From the NCBI RefSeq assembly GCF_001194135.2, contig NC_068998.1:6040305-6104304 (forward strand): 64,000 nucleotides of DNA. The letters run 5' to 3'. Both the position numbers and the translations under genes were made by a program. Below are positions 40,067-51,372 of the stretch, in pieces; position 1 is the stretch's first letter; every line of letters starts with the position of its first letter. Below the pieces are notes generated by a model. The model was given only the letters and a program-made list of their open reading frames with translations. It had not been told where the DNA came from and did not search any database. Source of the stretch: Octopus bimaculoides. Taxonomy: Eukaryota.

Positions 40067-41252
40067 CGTCCCAAAATACAAGAAGCCCGGCATATTCGCC
40101 CTGTAAAAACCAAGAAAGACGAGTATCAGAAAATGGCTCTAGGTGTAGAATTTAGTGATTATCAAACTCCTAATATTCATGGCCCTGTCCAAGGTAAAGG
40201 CCATCATCGCAGAGGGCAGCCACACCAAGGCCACCCACAACAGCCGTATCAACAGCGCCCCGATAGCCTTGAGATAGCTTCGACTCCGACTGGTAGTATG
40301 GGAATCCCAGAAATGCTGTACGATATGACCAACCCTGATGTCATTCCGAATGGTTATGCTAGTCAGATGAATGGACCGTATTCGATGGTGAATCACACTC
40401 CCGGAGGAGAGAACCTGACTCCTGAACACTCAGCAGGGCTTCCAAATCGAAACAATGTACAATATATGCAAGGCAATCAAATGTCTCCTTCTCATGCTGT
40501 GGGGCACCATGGAAGATCCACTGCACGTGCTCAGAACCTGAACAGTGCTAGACCATCCAGGCCGCCCCCTGATCCTCCTTCAATGCCGGGTACACCGAAG
40601 CACGATCCAATAAGGAACAGTCCAATTGTGAGAGAGAGTCTTCCTCCACCGCCTCTCCCACCTGATCAACTCGATGAGCTGTCCGACAGCTACCCAGGAA
40701 GTCCTGACACGACTCCTAAGCACGTCTCCTCGAAGACACAGAATTACACGGATATCAACAGTGGTTCACCGGCACGAAGCAGTGACTCGCCAAGCCGTCA
40801 CCCGCCCTACGGGAATCAAAACCGGACTCCCGACAGCGTGGAGTTTCCCCTACCCCCGTCGCCACCTAGCACCCATTCCTCCGGCACACCGGTCAGCTTG
40901 GATTCAATGCCGCCGCCCCCGTCTCCCCCNNNNNNNNNNNNNNNNNNNNNNNNNNNNNNNNNNNNNNNNNNNNNNNNNNNNNNNNNNNNNNNNNNNNNNN
41001 NNNNNNNNNNNNNNNNNNNNNNNNNNCCTCCTCCTCCGCCACCACCACCACCACCCCCTCTGCTGCCGGTTGGTGGGGCTCAAACTTCGAATTTATCTGT
41101 TGTTATGCAACCAGATGCTGTGTCCATTTCATCCACCACAAGTTCATTAACCACAACTTCTCTTGGTTCGGCCGGCAAAGTAGAAGACATCCTGAAGCCA
41201 GCCACTGGACAAGATCGCAGTGCACTCCTCGAAGAGATCAGACTTGGCGAAT
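40067..41252 (+). CDS. WASF: WAVE/SCAR gene, large exon: post-basic helix, Pro-rich region, first half of WH2
   Basis: Acceptor tttattttcAG ends 40066, phase 0 matching the 9892 donor. Reads RPKIQEARHIRPVKTKKDEYQKMALGVEF...PPPP...GQDRSALLEEIRLG. Frame is open on both sides of a 97-N gap (40930-41026). GTAAGT donor at 41253; a possible GC donor at 41247 is discussed in findings. Confidence 0.93.
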
Positions 41253-41908
41253 GTAAGTTCTTTCTTTCTTTCTTTCTTTTCTTTTCTTTTTCTGTGAAAG
41301 CAAGATACTTAAGTGCAAGTGACAGCCGGATATGCCTTTGGTCACTTAGTGGAATGGTATCATTTGAAAGCTCCAACAATGCGAAGAAGCACATTGTAAC
41401 AAGTGGTGTATGACAACATGTGATAGTCTAGTTGATACATCAAATGATTGCAGGGAGAGATGAAATGGTCTTGTCAAGAATTCCTTTGAACATGGGTCTG
41501 CAGAATCAGTTGATCCACCAGCAACAAAGATCAGCATTCATCGCACAACCCAGCCACTGCTACCTAGTTTCAGTTTCCGTTTCTCTAATTTCTTCACATT
41601 GAGTGTTGTATAAAATAACACCATTTTTCTAATTTCCCTTTTCTTCTGGTTTCCATATTCAATGGCACAGGTTGCACTTTTTGGGGTGGAGTGGGGAGTC
41701 CCAGGAAAATTTCAACCTAGATCCCATATGCGATGTTGGGCTTGCATTAAGCTACTTTACTTTAATATGTGCTGCTGGAATTGGGGTGCATCTTATATAT
41801 TCGTGTGTCTTTTATGTCTTCAAATATGGTAACCTTTGGGAGTCTTGTATTGTCTGTTAAATCTCATTGCAGAGTAATTGTTTGCTGTTTTTCTTTTTTT
41901 TTCTACAG

Positions 41909-42096
41909 GGTACAAGAAATTACGCCGTGTTGAAGACCGTAAAAAACAAGAACAACAGAAACGACAACCACAGGGAGGCAGGTTCGATGTTCAAGCGATC
42001 ATGGATCGAGCAATAGAAATCCGGAGGAAAGTTCTTGAAGCTAGTGATAGTGAAGAAGAAGCATTTTCCGACGAAAACGAATGGGATTCTGATTAA
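41909..42096 (+). CDS. WASF: WAVE/SCAR gene, last coding exon (WH2 LRRV motif, central helix, acidic tail)
   Basis: Acceptor ttcttttttttttctacAG ends 41908; phase 1 in. Reads YKKLRRVEDRKKQEQQKRQPQGGRFDVQAIMDRAIEIRRKVLEASDSEEEAFSDENEWDSD*, with the terminal acidic Trp motif typical of Arp2/3 activators. Confidence 0.95.
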
Positions 42097-42540
42097 CGAT
42101 AACGACGATGATAATAATAATAATAATAAGGATAATAATAATAATAATAATGATGATGATGACGATGATAATGATGATAATTATAATAACAACAAACAGC
42201 AAACAAAACGACGAAAGATTTCAAATAATAGACCCTCTCCCCTTTCCCCTGCTCTGCCCCCACTGGAAAAAGAAAAACAAATTATACAAAGCAAATACAA
42301 ATACGCACATATATTATATACACATACATGCATGCTTACCAACATACACATACACGCACAAGTACACACATACACATTCAGTTGGGTGCATATACCACAG
42401 ATATCCATTGTATCTTTGTCCTTTTCCATGTGAACTTGGATCGAAAGTGTTATTACAATGACCACCACCACCACTATTACTATGATTAAACAATGGATTT
42501 GTCCTGCTCCTATTATTTTTATCATTATTATTATTACTAT

Positions 42541-42572
<32 letters not shown>

Positions 42573-43331
42573 AAATTTTATTTTGGCATTGCTGTTGCGT
42601 ACTATTAAAAAAAAAACTACAAGTACTTCTTACATGGCTTTCATACCCTTGACTTCGATTTATGTATGATGGTGTCTACCTACCTACCTACCTACCTACC
42701 TATCTACTTACCTACCAATCTGTCTATTTATCTATCTATCTATCTATCTGAGTGATCGATTGATCTATCTATCGATCCATCCTATTGGAACGCTCCACTG
42801 GTTGCAATTTGCATTTATTTATATATTTTTTTTTTTTACTCTCCCGTGCTCCTTCTCTCCTCCTCTCGTTCTCCACTTCTTCGTTCCTCCTTCCTTCCCA
42901 CCCCTCAACAATAGCCAACACATTTTCGATGATTCGATTCGTAAGAAAAACAACCTCTCCACCAACACGTACATGTACACACACACACACACACACTAGT
43001 TCTCCACAGTATTCTTCGAAGAGAAAGTTTTTTTTTTTTTTTTGTACAGTAACAATGAACTTGAAGAAACTAGAAAGCAAGAAAGAAAGAAAGAAAGAAA
43101 AGGAAAAAGAAGCAAGCTACTGAAGGGATCAACTCTGCACTTGTTGTTGTTGTTTTTGTTGCTGTTGTCATTTAATCTTTTGAGAACAAATGAAGCTCCC
43201 CTGCCCCCCCCTCTTGCTCCACACCTCCACACAGTGAAAAAGAAGAAAAAAGGAAGGAAGCAAAGAGACAAAAAAAAAAAAAAGAAAGAATATTCAGATA
43301 AAAATTACAAACCAACCAAACNNNNNNNNNN

Positions 43332-43368
<37 letters not shown>

Positions 43369-44890
43369 TAAAACAGTAATAATAATAATAATATTAATAA
43401 TAATAATAATAATAATAAAGGGAGTTAACTACCAGAAAACAGCCAAGAAAACTGGGGGAGATACAAACTGGATGTAGTTTTTGTTTTGGAAATATCATCA
43501 AACATTGTAATGTCCGTTTTGTTTTGTTGTTTATTAAATGTACAGGGATGATACATTTTGTTAATATCAAAGAATCTCTCTCTCTCTTTCTCGTCCCACT
43601 GCTCTCAACCTATTTCCTCCTCTTCCCCCCTTTCTCTCTCCTGTGACTTCCATATATATGTATATATGTAACACATATATATATATATGTGTATATGTGA
43701 CAAACAAAATAATAGTGTGTACTGTTGTTGTTGTTGTTGACCAGCCCTACCTTACCTCGTACTCACCCCCCCACTTCCCCTGAGTCAGCTCTCATGAAAA
43801 GGAAAAAAAAAACGAAAGAAAGAGGAAAAACAAGATGTGGTGATTTCACATTCTTTGTGTTATGATGGGTGGGTGAAAGTTGGTAGGGTACTTTCCGAAG
43901 ATTTAAAGTAGGCTTTGAATTTTTAAAAAAATCTTTTTTCTTTTCTTTTTTTTTTTTAATTTGGTGAGATGAAGATTGAAGACAGTCGGCCGTTATCAGA
44001 ATTTGTTGAGGAAAAAGACATTGCTGCTACTGAAACTCCCCCTCCTCCTCTCCTTTGGCTTCAGTATGTGTGTGTGTATGTTTGTGCTCACCTGTAAGCA
44101 TTATTTCTTCTTTCTCCTTTGGAAAGGAACAAGCATAATGGCATCTAATGATGATAATGAAAAAAAACAACATATATATATATATNNNNNNNNNNNNNNN
44201 NNNNNNNNNNNNNNNNNNNNNNNNNNNNNNNNNNNNNNNNNNNNNNNNNNNNNNNNNNNNNNNNNNNNNNNNNNNNNNNNNNNNNNNNNNNNNNNNNNNN
44301 NNNNNNNNNNNNNNNNNNNNNNNNNNNNNNNNNNNNNNNNNNNNNNNNNNNNNNNNNNNNNNNNNNNNNNNNNNNNNNNNNNNNNNNNNNNNNNNNNNNN
44401 NNNNNNNNNNNNNNNNNNNNNNNNNNNNNNNNNNNNNNNNNNNNNNNNNNNNNNNNNNNNNNNNNNNNNNNNNNNNNNNNNNNNNNNNNNNNNNNNNNNN
44501 NNNNNNNNNNNNNNNNNNNNNNNNNNNNNNNNNNNNNNNNNNNNNNNNNNNNNNNNNNNNNNNNNNNNNNNNNNNNNNNNNNNNNNNNNNNNNNNNNNNN
44601 NNNNNNNNNNNNNNNNNNNNNNNNNNNNNNNNNNNNNNNNNNNNNNNNNNNNNNNNNNNNNNNNNNNNNNNNNNNNNNNNNNNNNNNNNNNNNNNNNNNN
44701 NNNNNNNNNNNNNNNNNNNNNNNNNNNNNNNNNNNNNNAATACTTTTTATTTCTGTGATTTTTTTTTTCTTTTTCCTCTGGAAATAAATATTAAACTGAT
44801 ATATTGGACAAATATTTATCTACTTTGCACTATGTGTACATATTTGTGTGTGTTTGTATGTGTGAATAAATTAAATTCTTCTATGCTGTC
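42097..44890 (+). other. Probable 3' UTR of the WAVE gene, microsatellite-rich
   Basis: Follows the stop codon. AATAAA at 44783-44788 and 44865-44870, with TGTA and U/GU-rich context nearby. An earlier AATAAA lies near 43413. The true end is unknown without transcripts. Confidence 0.5.
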
Positions 44891-44953
44891 TGCTGGATGC
44901 TGGCATGGAGTTTCCAGCCAAGTTTAAACAATTCTTTTCTTGCATTATTATTA

Positions 44954-44996
<43 letters not shown>

Positions 44997-45117
44997 AATC
45001 ATTATTATTGTTGTTGTTGTGCTGAGGTTGATTATTCCCTTCCTTAAAAATCTGTGGTCTTGTGTGTCTATAGAGGAAATTATTTCTATTATTAAACAAT
45101 TATTATGATTAATTATA

Positions 45118-46055
45118 GCAAAGCTGCAAGCTGGCAGAATTGGTTAGCACGCTGGGCAAAAATGCTTAGTGGCATTTTGTCCATCTTCACATTCTGAGTT
45201 CAAATTCCACCAGGGGTCAACTTTGCCTTTCATCTTTCCAGGGTTGATAAAATAAGTACCAGTTGAAAACTGGGGTCGATGTGAATGACTTACTGCTTCC
45301 CTTGATATTACTGGCCTTGTGCTAAAATTTGAAACCACCACCATCATCATCATCATCATCATCATCATTATTATTATTATTATTATTAAAGAAAGGGTGG
45401 AAGATTGGCAGAGTTATTATTAGAGTGACTTACAAAATTGCCTCACGATATTTGTGTTTTGCTCTCTCTCCTCTTTGAGTTCAAACCCCATTCAGGCCAA
45501 CTTTGCCTTTCATCTTTTTAGGATTTAAAGAATGTACCGGACCAGTACTAGTCATTGTAATCAATTATTCTCTCTCCTTTGAAAATTACATGCGCTGTAC
45601 TTAATTTAGAAGCCATTATCATTAAGGCAGCATGCTGGGCAAAATGCTTACCACCATTCCATCTGTCTACATGTTCTGAGTTCAAATTCTGCTAATGTTC
45701 ACTTTGCCTTTAATTGTTTTGGGGGATGGGGGCAATGGAATAAGTACCAGTTAAGTACTGAGGTTGTTGTAATCGACTAGCCCCCTCCCCACAAAATTCA
45801 GGCCGTGTGCCCTATAGTAGAAAGGATTATAATTGAGGCGGTGAACTAGCAGAATCGTTAAGCATGTTTGACAAAATGCTTAGCAGCATTTCTTCCGGTT
45901 CTGTACCTTCTTAGTTAAAATTACCACCAAAGTAAGCTTTGCTTTTCGTCTTTTATGGGGTTGATAAAATAATGTACCATTCCAGTACCGGAGTCAATGG
46001 CAATCGACTAATCTCCTGTTGGCCTTGTATCTAAATTATAGGCCATGATAATGAT
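45118..46055 (+). mobile_element. Second stack of 4 head-to-tail family A SINEs
   Basis: Heads near 45118, 45388, 45620 and 45833, each starting at the ATT/ATC tail of the previous copy. Confidence 0.9.
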
Positions 46056-46249
46056 AATGGCTTATATCAGCAACCTTCATAGAAGATATGAACTTGGCAA
46101 GAAAAGCAAATCGGACCACTGAGGCATCTAATTCTCTTGGTGAAAGCCTGCACATTACAATCTCTCCTTTCCACCCTGCCCCTCCTGAAATTCTTTGACT
46201 TATTTAAGAAATACACATATATTCTCACACACATACATTTTATATTTAA

Positions 46250-46468
46250 CCCTTTAGTGTTTAAACTGGCCATATCCAGCCATATATTCTACCCGTTTTA
46301 TGTTCAAACTGGCCAGATCTGGCCTCTCACACCTACCTTGCAATGTCATTTTTTAAAATAGACAACCACATCATTGATATCTCAAATCCACAAGATAATG
46401 TGAGATTAATTCAAAACAATGTGAATAAACAAACGTTACACTTGACAATAGTCTGAATGCTAAAAGGG
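46250..46468 (-). mobile_element. piggyBac-type MITE, reverse orientation
   Basis: TTAA|CCCTTTAGTGTT ... GAATGCTAAAAGGG|TCAA; interior is the reverse complement of 21570-21788. Confidence 0.85.
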
Positions 46469-48285
46469 TCAAGTGTATATCCATATATTGTATATCTCGA
46501 TTTTGCAAAAGTTGGGAGACTCCATGCTTTATTATTTTTACTATCAATTCCTACTGGTTCTCGGCATTGGTTTTCATCCTTCTTGGCAGCATAATTATGG
46601 TAAATTGAAAAATTATATTGGAGGGTAAAAAAAAAAAAAAATATTCTTTTTCTTATTCCCTTGAAAAAAAAAATCCCAAAATACTCCCATCTTTGGAATT
46701 CTTCAGTTTTATATTCTAAGACAAATTGAATAAGGCATCATATTTAACTGAACTTTGGACATTCTACCTTACATAGCATATGCGTCTATATGGCTATGTT
46801 AATTAGAATTTTGCTTCACAAATACAAGGTTCTAGGTTCAGTTGATCTCACTGTACAGCACCTTGGGCAAGATTTCTTCTATAGCTGCAGGTATGTCTAA
46901 GGATTTATGAGTGAAATCAGGCAGATGGAAACTGTGTAGAAGCCCACTCTATTCATATACAGTATTTGTCTCTCTGATGATTACATGAAGAGTTCAAACC
47001 TTTCTGTGGAATACTCTGCCAAATAAACTATTACAAGATAACTATCCACTGAAAAAAAAAACTAGAAAACTCGTTTTGCAATACTGAGAGTCCTGACAGA
47101 ATATTTCTTGTAGATAAGCCTCCTTGCTTTTCTTATTTGTTTGCTGTTTTTCTTTTCTTTTCTGTTATTTGGCATGCATTTATTACTGTTGCTTCTCTTC
47201 TGCCTCCCTTCTGCATTTTAAGGAAAAAAAAAAAAACTGCTCAGCATTTTGTTTTTGACTTTTCTGTTTTCTCCTTTCACTGTATCCTGTATTGAAACCC
47301 CTGTCTCCTTTTTTATGCCTCTGTCTTTCACATACACACACACACACACACACACACTTTCTCTCTCTCTCTCTCTCTCTCATAATCTTTAACACTCTGG
47401 ATATGAAATCTCAAACGTTTATATATTTATTTATCATCCGTAAGATTATTATTGACAGTGCTTTAAGTTTCAGCCAGATAAGCCCTCGTCGGACTGTCCT
47501 GTTTTTCAGTTAACTTTATGAAAGCACTCAACGTCAAAACAAAACTGTTATATTAGCTTTTGTTTTTATGTTCAGCTGTAATAAAAACAATTTTACATTA
47601 ATCTCATGGGTTACTCAGTCCAATGATGGCTTAACTAACTGAAACTTTGAAGTCACTGTCAATAATATTCTTGCTTAAAAATAGATTGATACTCTACAAA
47701 AGTATAGAGTAACTTATCAGATTAATGTAAAAATTGTTTTTATTATAACTGAACACAAGAACACACACACACACCTGTAAAAAGCTGTTTTTACCTGTCT
47801 CTGTTCTTAAATCTGTGTGTGTATGAGAGATAGCTTCTTAACATATTTGGTCTCAAACAAGGTATCGACTAGGCCAATCTGTGATTGACTGTAACTCAGA
47901 AATAACCCATGACAGAAGCTATTATTACTAAATGTTTAGATTGCATGTGTTAGTTATGAGATGGAGGGAGGCCACATATCCAATGTTGCAATGACGCCAG
48001 AGCCCTAGAGGTTGATAGACTTGTGAGTAGTGTTGCTTCTTTCTGACTGTCACAGTTTGGTGACATAGGCCAACAAGTAAGCATCTATGTTGTTGATCAG
48101 CCTTTTAGAAATAGCAGCCCAATCTCCCTTCAATCACACTATTGTATTAATAAAAAGATAGACGTTTTATCTACACTCAGAGAATGGGAGAAGGCAGCCT
48201 TTCATCCACTGGGTCCCCAAACTTAGAGAAAATTACACAATGCACAGTATTTATTTGTTGTAATTAATTGTTGAATTAAAATTAA

Positions 48286-48663
48286 TGCACAGGCATGACT
48301 GTGGTAAAGAAATTTTGTTTTCCAACCAGATAGTTGGAGGTTCAGTCCCACTACGTGGCACCTTGGTCAAGTGTCTTCTATGGCCTCAGGTCGACCAGAG
48401 CCTTGTGAATGGATTTGGTAGACGGAAACTGAAAGAAGCTCATCATGTGTGTGCATAGTTTTGTTTCTATTTCCTAACTGCCATTTGACAGCTGGTGATT
48501 GTGCGTGTACATCCCTGTAACTTAGCGTTTCAGCAAAAAAGACTGAGAGAATGTGCCAGGCATAAAAAAAATAAGTTCTAGGATCAATTCATCTGAGTAA
48601 AACTCTTCAAGGTGGCGCCCCAGCTTGGCCACAGTCTAATGACTGAAACAAGTAAAAGATAAA
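48286..48663 (+). mobile_element. Near full-length CORE-SINE, tail type 1 (OR-like octopus SINE)
   Basis: tRNA-like head (gtggtaaag...ggttcagtccc), CORE-like ggcaccttggtcaagtgtcttct, tail cttggccacagtctaatgactgaaacaagtaaaagataaa. Confidence 0.85.
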
Positions 48664-49712
48664 GGCGATGGGTTAACTTTGAACATGCTTTCACTCAAAG
48701 AAGGTATGTTTGTGTGTGTGTGTGTGTGTGTATTCTTACATATGGATACATGTTTGCTTTGCAATCACGCTAAAGTTTGCAGGTGTGAACCTCTATGTGG
48801 TCACTCAGACCACTAGAAATGGCAGCCAAATCTCCCTTATATTACACCCTATCTTTAGAAAAAAAAGACATGGACATTCAATAATGTTATCTTGGATTAG
48901 GGATTTCCTTGTCATCTGTGATGTACTGCAGGCTTTTTTTAGTGGGTGTACAAGAGGCCTTGCTATGAAAAAGAAAATCCCTAAAATATTATAAAAGAGC
49001 TTATCTATAAACATTTACTTAGAACTAAATTTTATTTGCATGACATTACAACAGCATTACTAGAGGATGGTTAGTCATGGTTGGAATGCGTTGGGTATAG
49101 GTCTCCTTGATCAGTCATCTGCTGCCTAAAACAATAACACTCAAGTGGATTTGATAGAAGGAAACTATGTGGAAGCCAATTTATAATTGTGTGTGTGCTT
49201 CTGTTTGTTCCCTCCCCAACCTTTTGAAATCCGGTGTAGGTTTGTTTATGTCCCCCATAACTCAGCAGTTTGGCAAAAGAGATTGATAGAATAAGCACCT
49301 AGCTTAGAAAACAAAATACTGGGGTTGATCTGTTTGACTTGGGGGGAAAAAAAAGCACTTACAAGGCATTGCCCCAGTTGAATGACAAACGAGTAAAAAC
49401 AAAACAAAAAAAAGTATTAATTCAGGATTCATAAAACAATTCCCTTTCTTTCTCTCTCGACCCCTTTCACTCGTCTGAATGGATTCTGGGTTGTCACACT
49501 GCTAAACTAATTTCTCCTACATCACTTGCTCACTCGCCTGTCGGTGCAAATAATGTGCTATCATTATTTATTTCATGATATCTAATTATATTCAGAGGTT
49601 TATATTCGGCTATGCTTTATCTCTTTTACATGTAGAGAAATGTCAATATTCTCAGTATTATTTTAATGTTTTGGGAGTCCTGTCGTGTGAAGTGTGCATG
49701 TATGGATGTGTG

Positions 49713-49844
49713 TATATATATAAATATATAGTTTTAGGGGAAAGAACCAAGGTTCATGAACTCATCGATGAAAATCCAGTGTCACATATCGATGAGTTCG
49801 TGAACCTTGGTTCTTTTCCCTAAAACTATATATTTATATATATA
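49713..49844. repeat. Near-perfect inverted repeat (57-bp arms, 18-nt loop) within TA-rich flanks
   Basis: Left arm 49713-49769 and right arm 49788-49844 differ at only 2 positions. Confidence 0.95.
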
Positions 49845-49942
49845 TTTTATACTTGAAACTTAATTTAATTTTAATTTTTAATGAATTTATTTTAATTGAG
49901 TTTTTACCTGTAATTTTGGATTTTTATCCCTAATATTATTAT

Positions 49943-49978
<36 letters not shown>

Positions 49979-50053
49979 TTAGTGTGAATATTTCAAAATC
50001 TTGTTATTCTCCACTGATATGTTTTAAATTTCTGCACACATCCATGTGTGAGA

Positions 50054-50369
50054 AAACATGTGGCTGAATGGTTTGGGTAACCCAGCTCACAATTGTACGG
50101 TCATGAGCTTGATAACTGGCAGCATGTTGTGTCCTCGAGCAAGACACTTTCTTTTTCTCCATTGCTCCAGTCCACACAGCTGGCAATAACGAGTTGTTCC
50201 TGTATTTAAAAAAGGTCAGCCTTGTCACCTTGATTGTCAAGTTGAAGATCCCTGAGGGTATGCATGTCTGTGGAGTGCTCAACCACAGACGTGTTAATAT
50301 CACGAGCAGGCTGGCTGCTCTGTTGATCAGATCAGCTGAAACCTTCGGTGGTCATAACTAATAGAGTAC
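50054..50369 (+). mobile_element. tRNA-headed SINE, third family (tgtgtcctcgagcaagacactt central motif)
   Basis: 3' half (cagccttgtcac...gtctgtggagtgctca...ttgatcagatcagctgaaacc) is the reverse complement of 54410-54590. Confidence 0.8.
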
Positions 50370-50389
50370 CAGAAAGAAGGATGTATAGA

Positions 50390-51000
50390 GATAGATATGG
50401 CTTTCTGATTAAGAAGTTCACTTCCCAACTGCATGGTTTCAGGCTCATTCTCATGCATAACACCCTGAGCAAGAATCCTCTACTATGGCCCCAGGTCAAC
50501 GAAGCTTTGTGATTAGATTTCGTAGATGATGGAAACTGAAAGAAGCCTGTCGTGTTTGCATTTGTGCTCTATGAAAAGTCATTTGCTACAAGCAGAATTG
50601 TTGTCATTGTCATCGCTGTTATTGTCGATAAATCATCAGTTTGCTTCACACCTGTGAAGATGTATGAAATGGGAGATCCGTTACTTGAAAAACGGGCTCA
50701 GGCTGGTAACCAGAAGGGCATCCAGTTACAAAACAATTCCTCAATAAGATATACATAATAAACCGATGTGAAATGAATAAAGGTTACATAATTATCATTT
50801 AATGTCTGTTTTCCATGCTGGCACTCGTTGGGCAGTTTGATAGGAGCTGGCAAGCCTGGAGAGCTGCTCTAGGCTCCAGTTGTCTGTTTTGGCAAGGTTT
50901 CTATGACCAGATGCCCTTAACACCAGCCACTTCAGGGTGTAGTGAGTGCTTTTGACATGGCACTAGCATAAGTGCTTTTTATGTGAACTGATATCCTGGT
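50390..51000. mobile_element. CORE-SINE (+, about 50390-50790) followed by a minus-strand LINE/SINE 3' tail fragment (about 50795-51000)
   Basis: caccctgagcaagaatcc...ggaaactgaaagaagcctgtcg; then cattta atgtctgttttccatgctggc...atgcccttaacaccagcc. Confidence 0.65.
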
Positions 51001-51334
51001 GGGTGGGGAATGTTGAGTTGCCCACACAGCCTGTTGGGTGTCACCATTTGAAAGCTACTACAATAATACAAGGATATACATTCTGACAGTGGCATATAAC
51101 AATATCTGATAGCCTGGTTGATACAGTGAAATGTGTGTGTATATATATATATATTTATAAAATTTTACTGACATTGGCAGACAAAATCATTTATGAAGGC
51201 TGAAAAGCTGACCAAGTTGATGGTAACTTGGATTGGATGATGAAGACAAAAGTTCAAATATTGATCTGTCTGTCCGCTTTTGCCTATTGGTTCCTATTTA
51301 TCTCAATTTTAGTATCTGTCTGTCTGTCTGTGTT

Positions 51335-51372
<38 letters not shown>

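Noticed and set aside
41253-41413. C-terminal extension of the 426-aa track ORF (CKFFLSFFLFF...)
   Set aside because: Read-through into intron sequence past the GTAAGT donor; the WH2 continues in the 41909 exon.
42035-42433. Overlapping Asn/Asp-rich ORF and possible stop read-through of WAVE
   Set aside because: It is an (AAT/GAT)n microsatellite in another frame; in the WAVE frame TAA is followed by CGA TAA, so read-through adds almost nothing.
48286-48350. tRNA-like A/B-box sequences here and at many other sites
   Set aside because: They are SINE heads continuous with SINE bodies, without a full cloverleaf or terminator; not called as tRNA genes.
49760-49815. Hammerhead ribozyme in the 49.7-kb hairpin or at 59270-59320
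   Set aside because: Only CGATGA-like fragments are present; the CUGANGA and GAAA core with stems I-III cannot be assembled.
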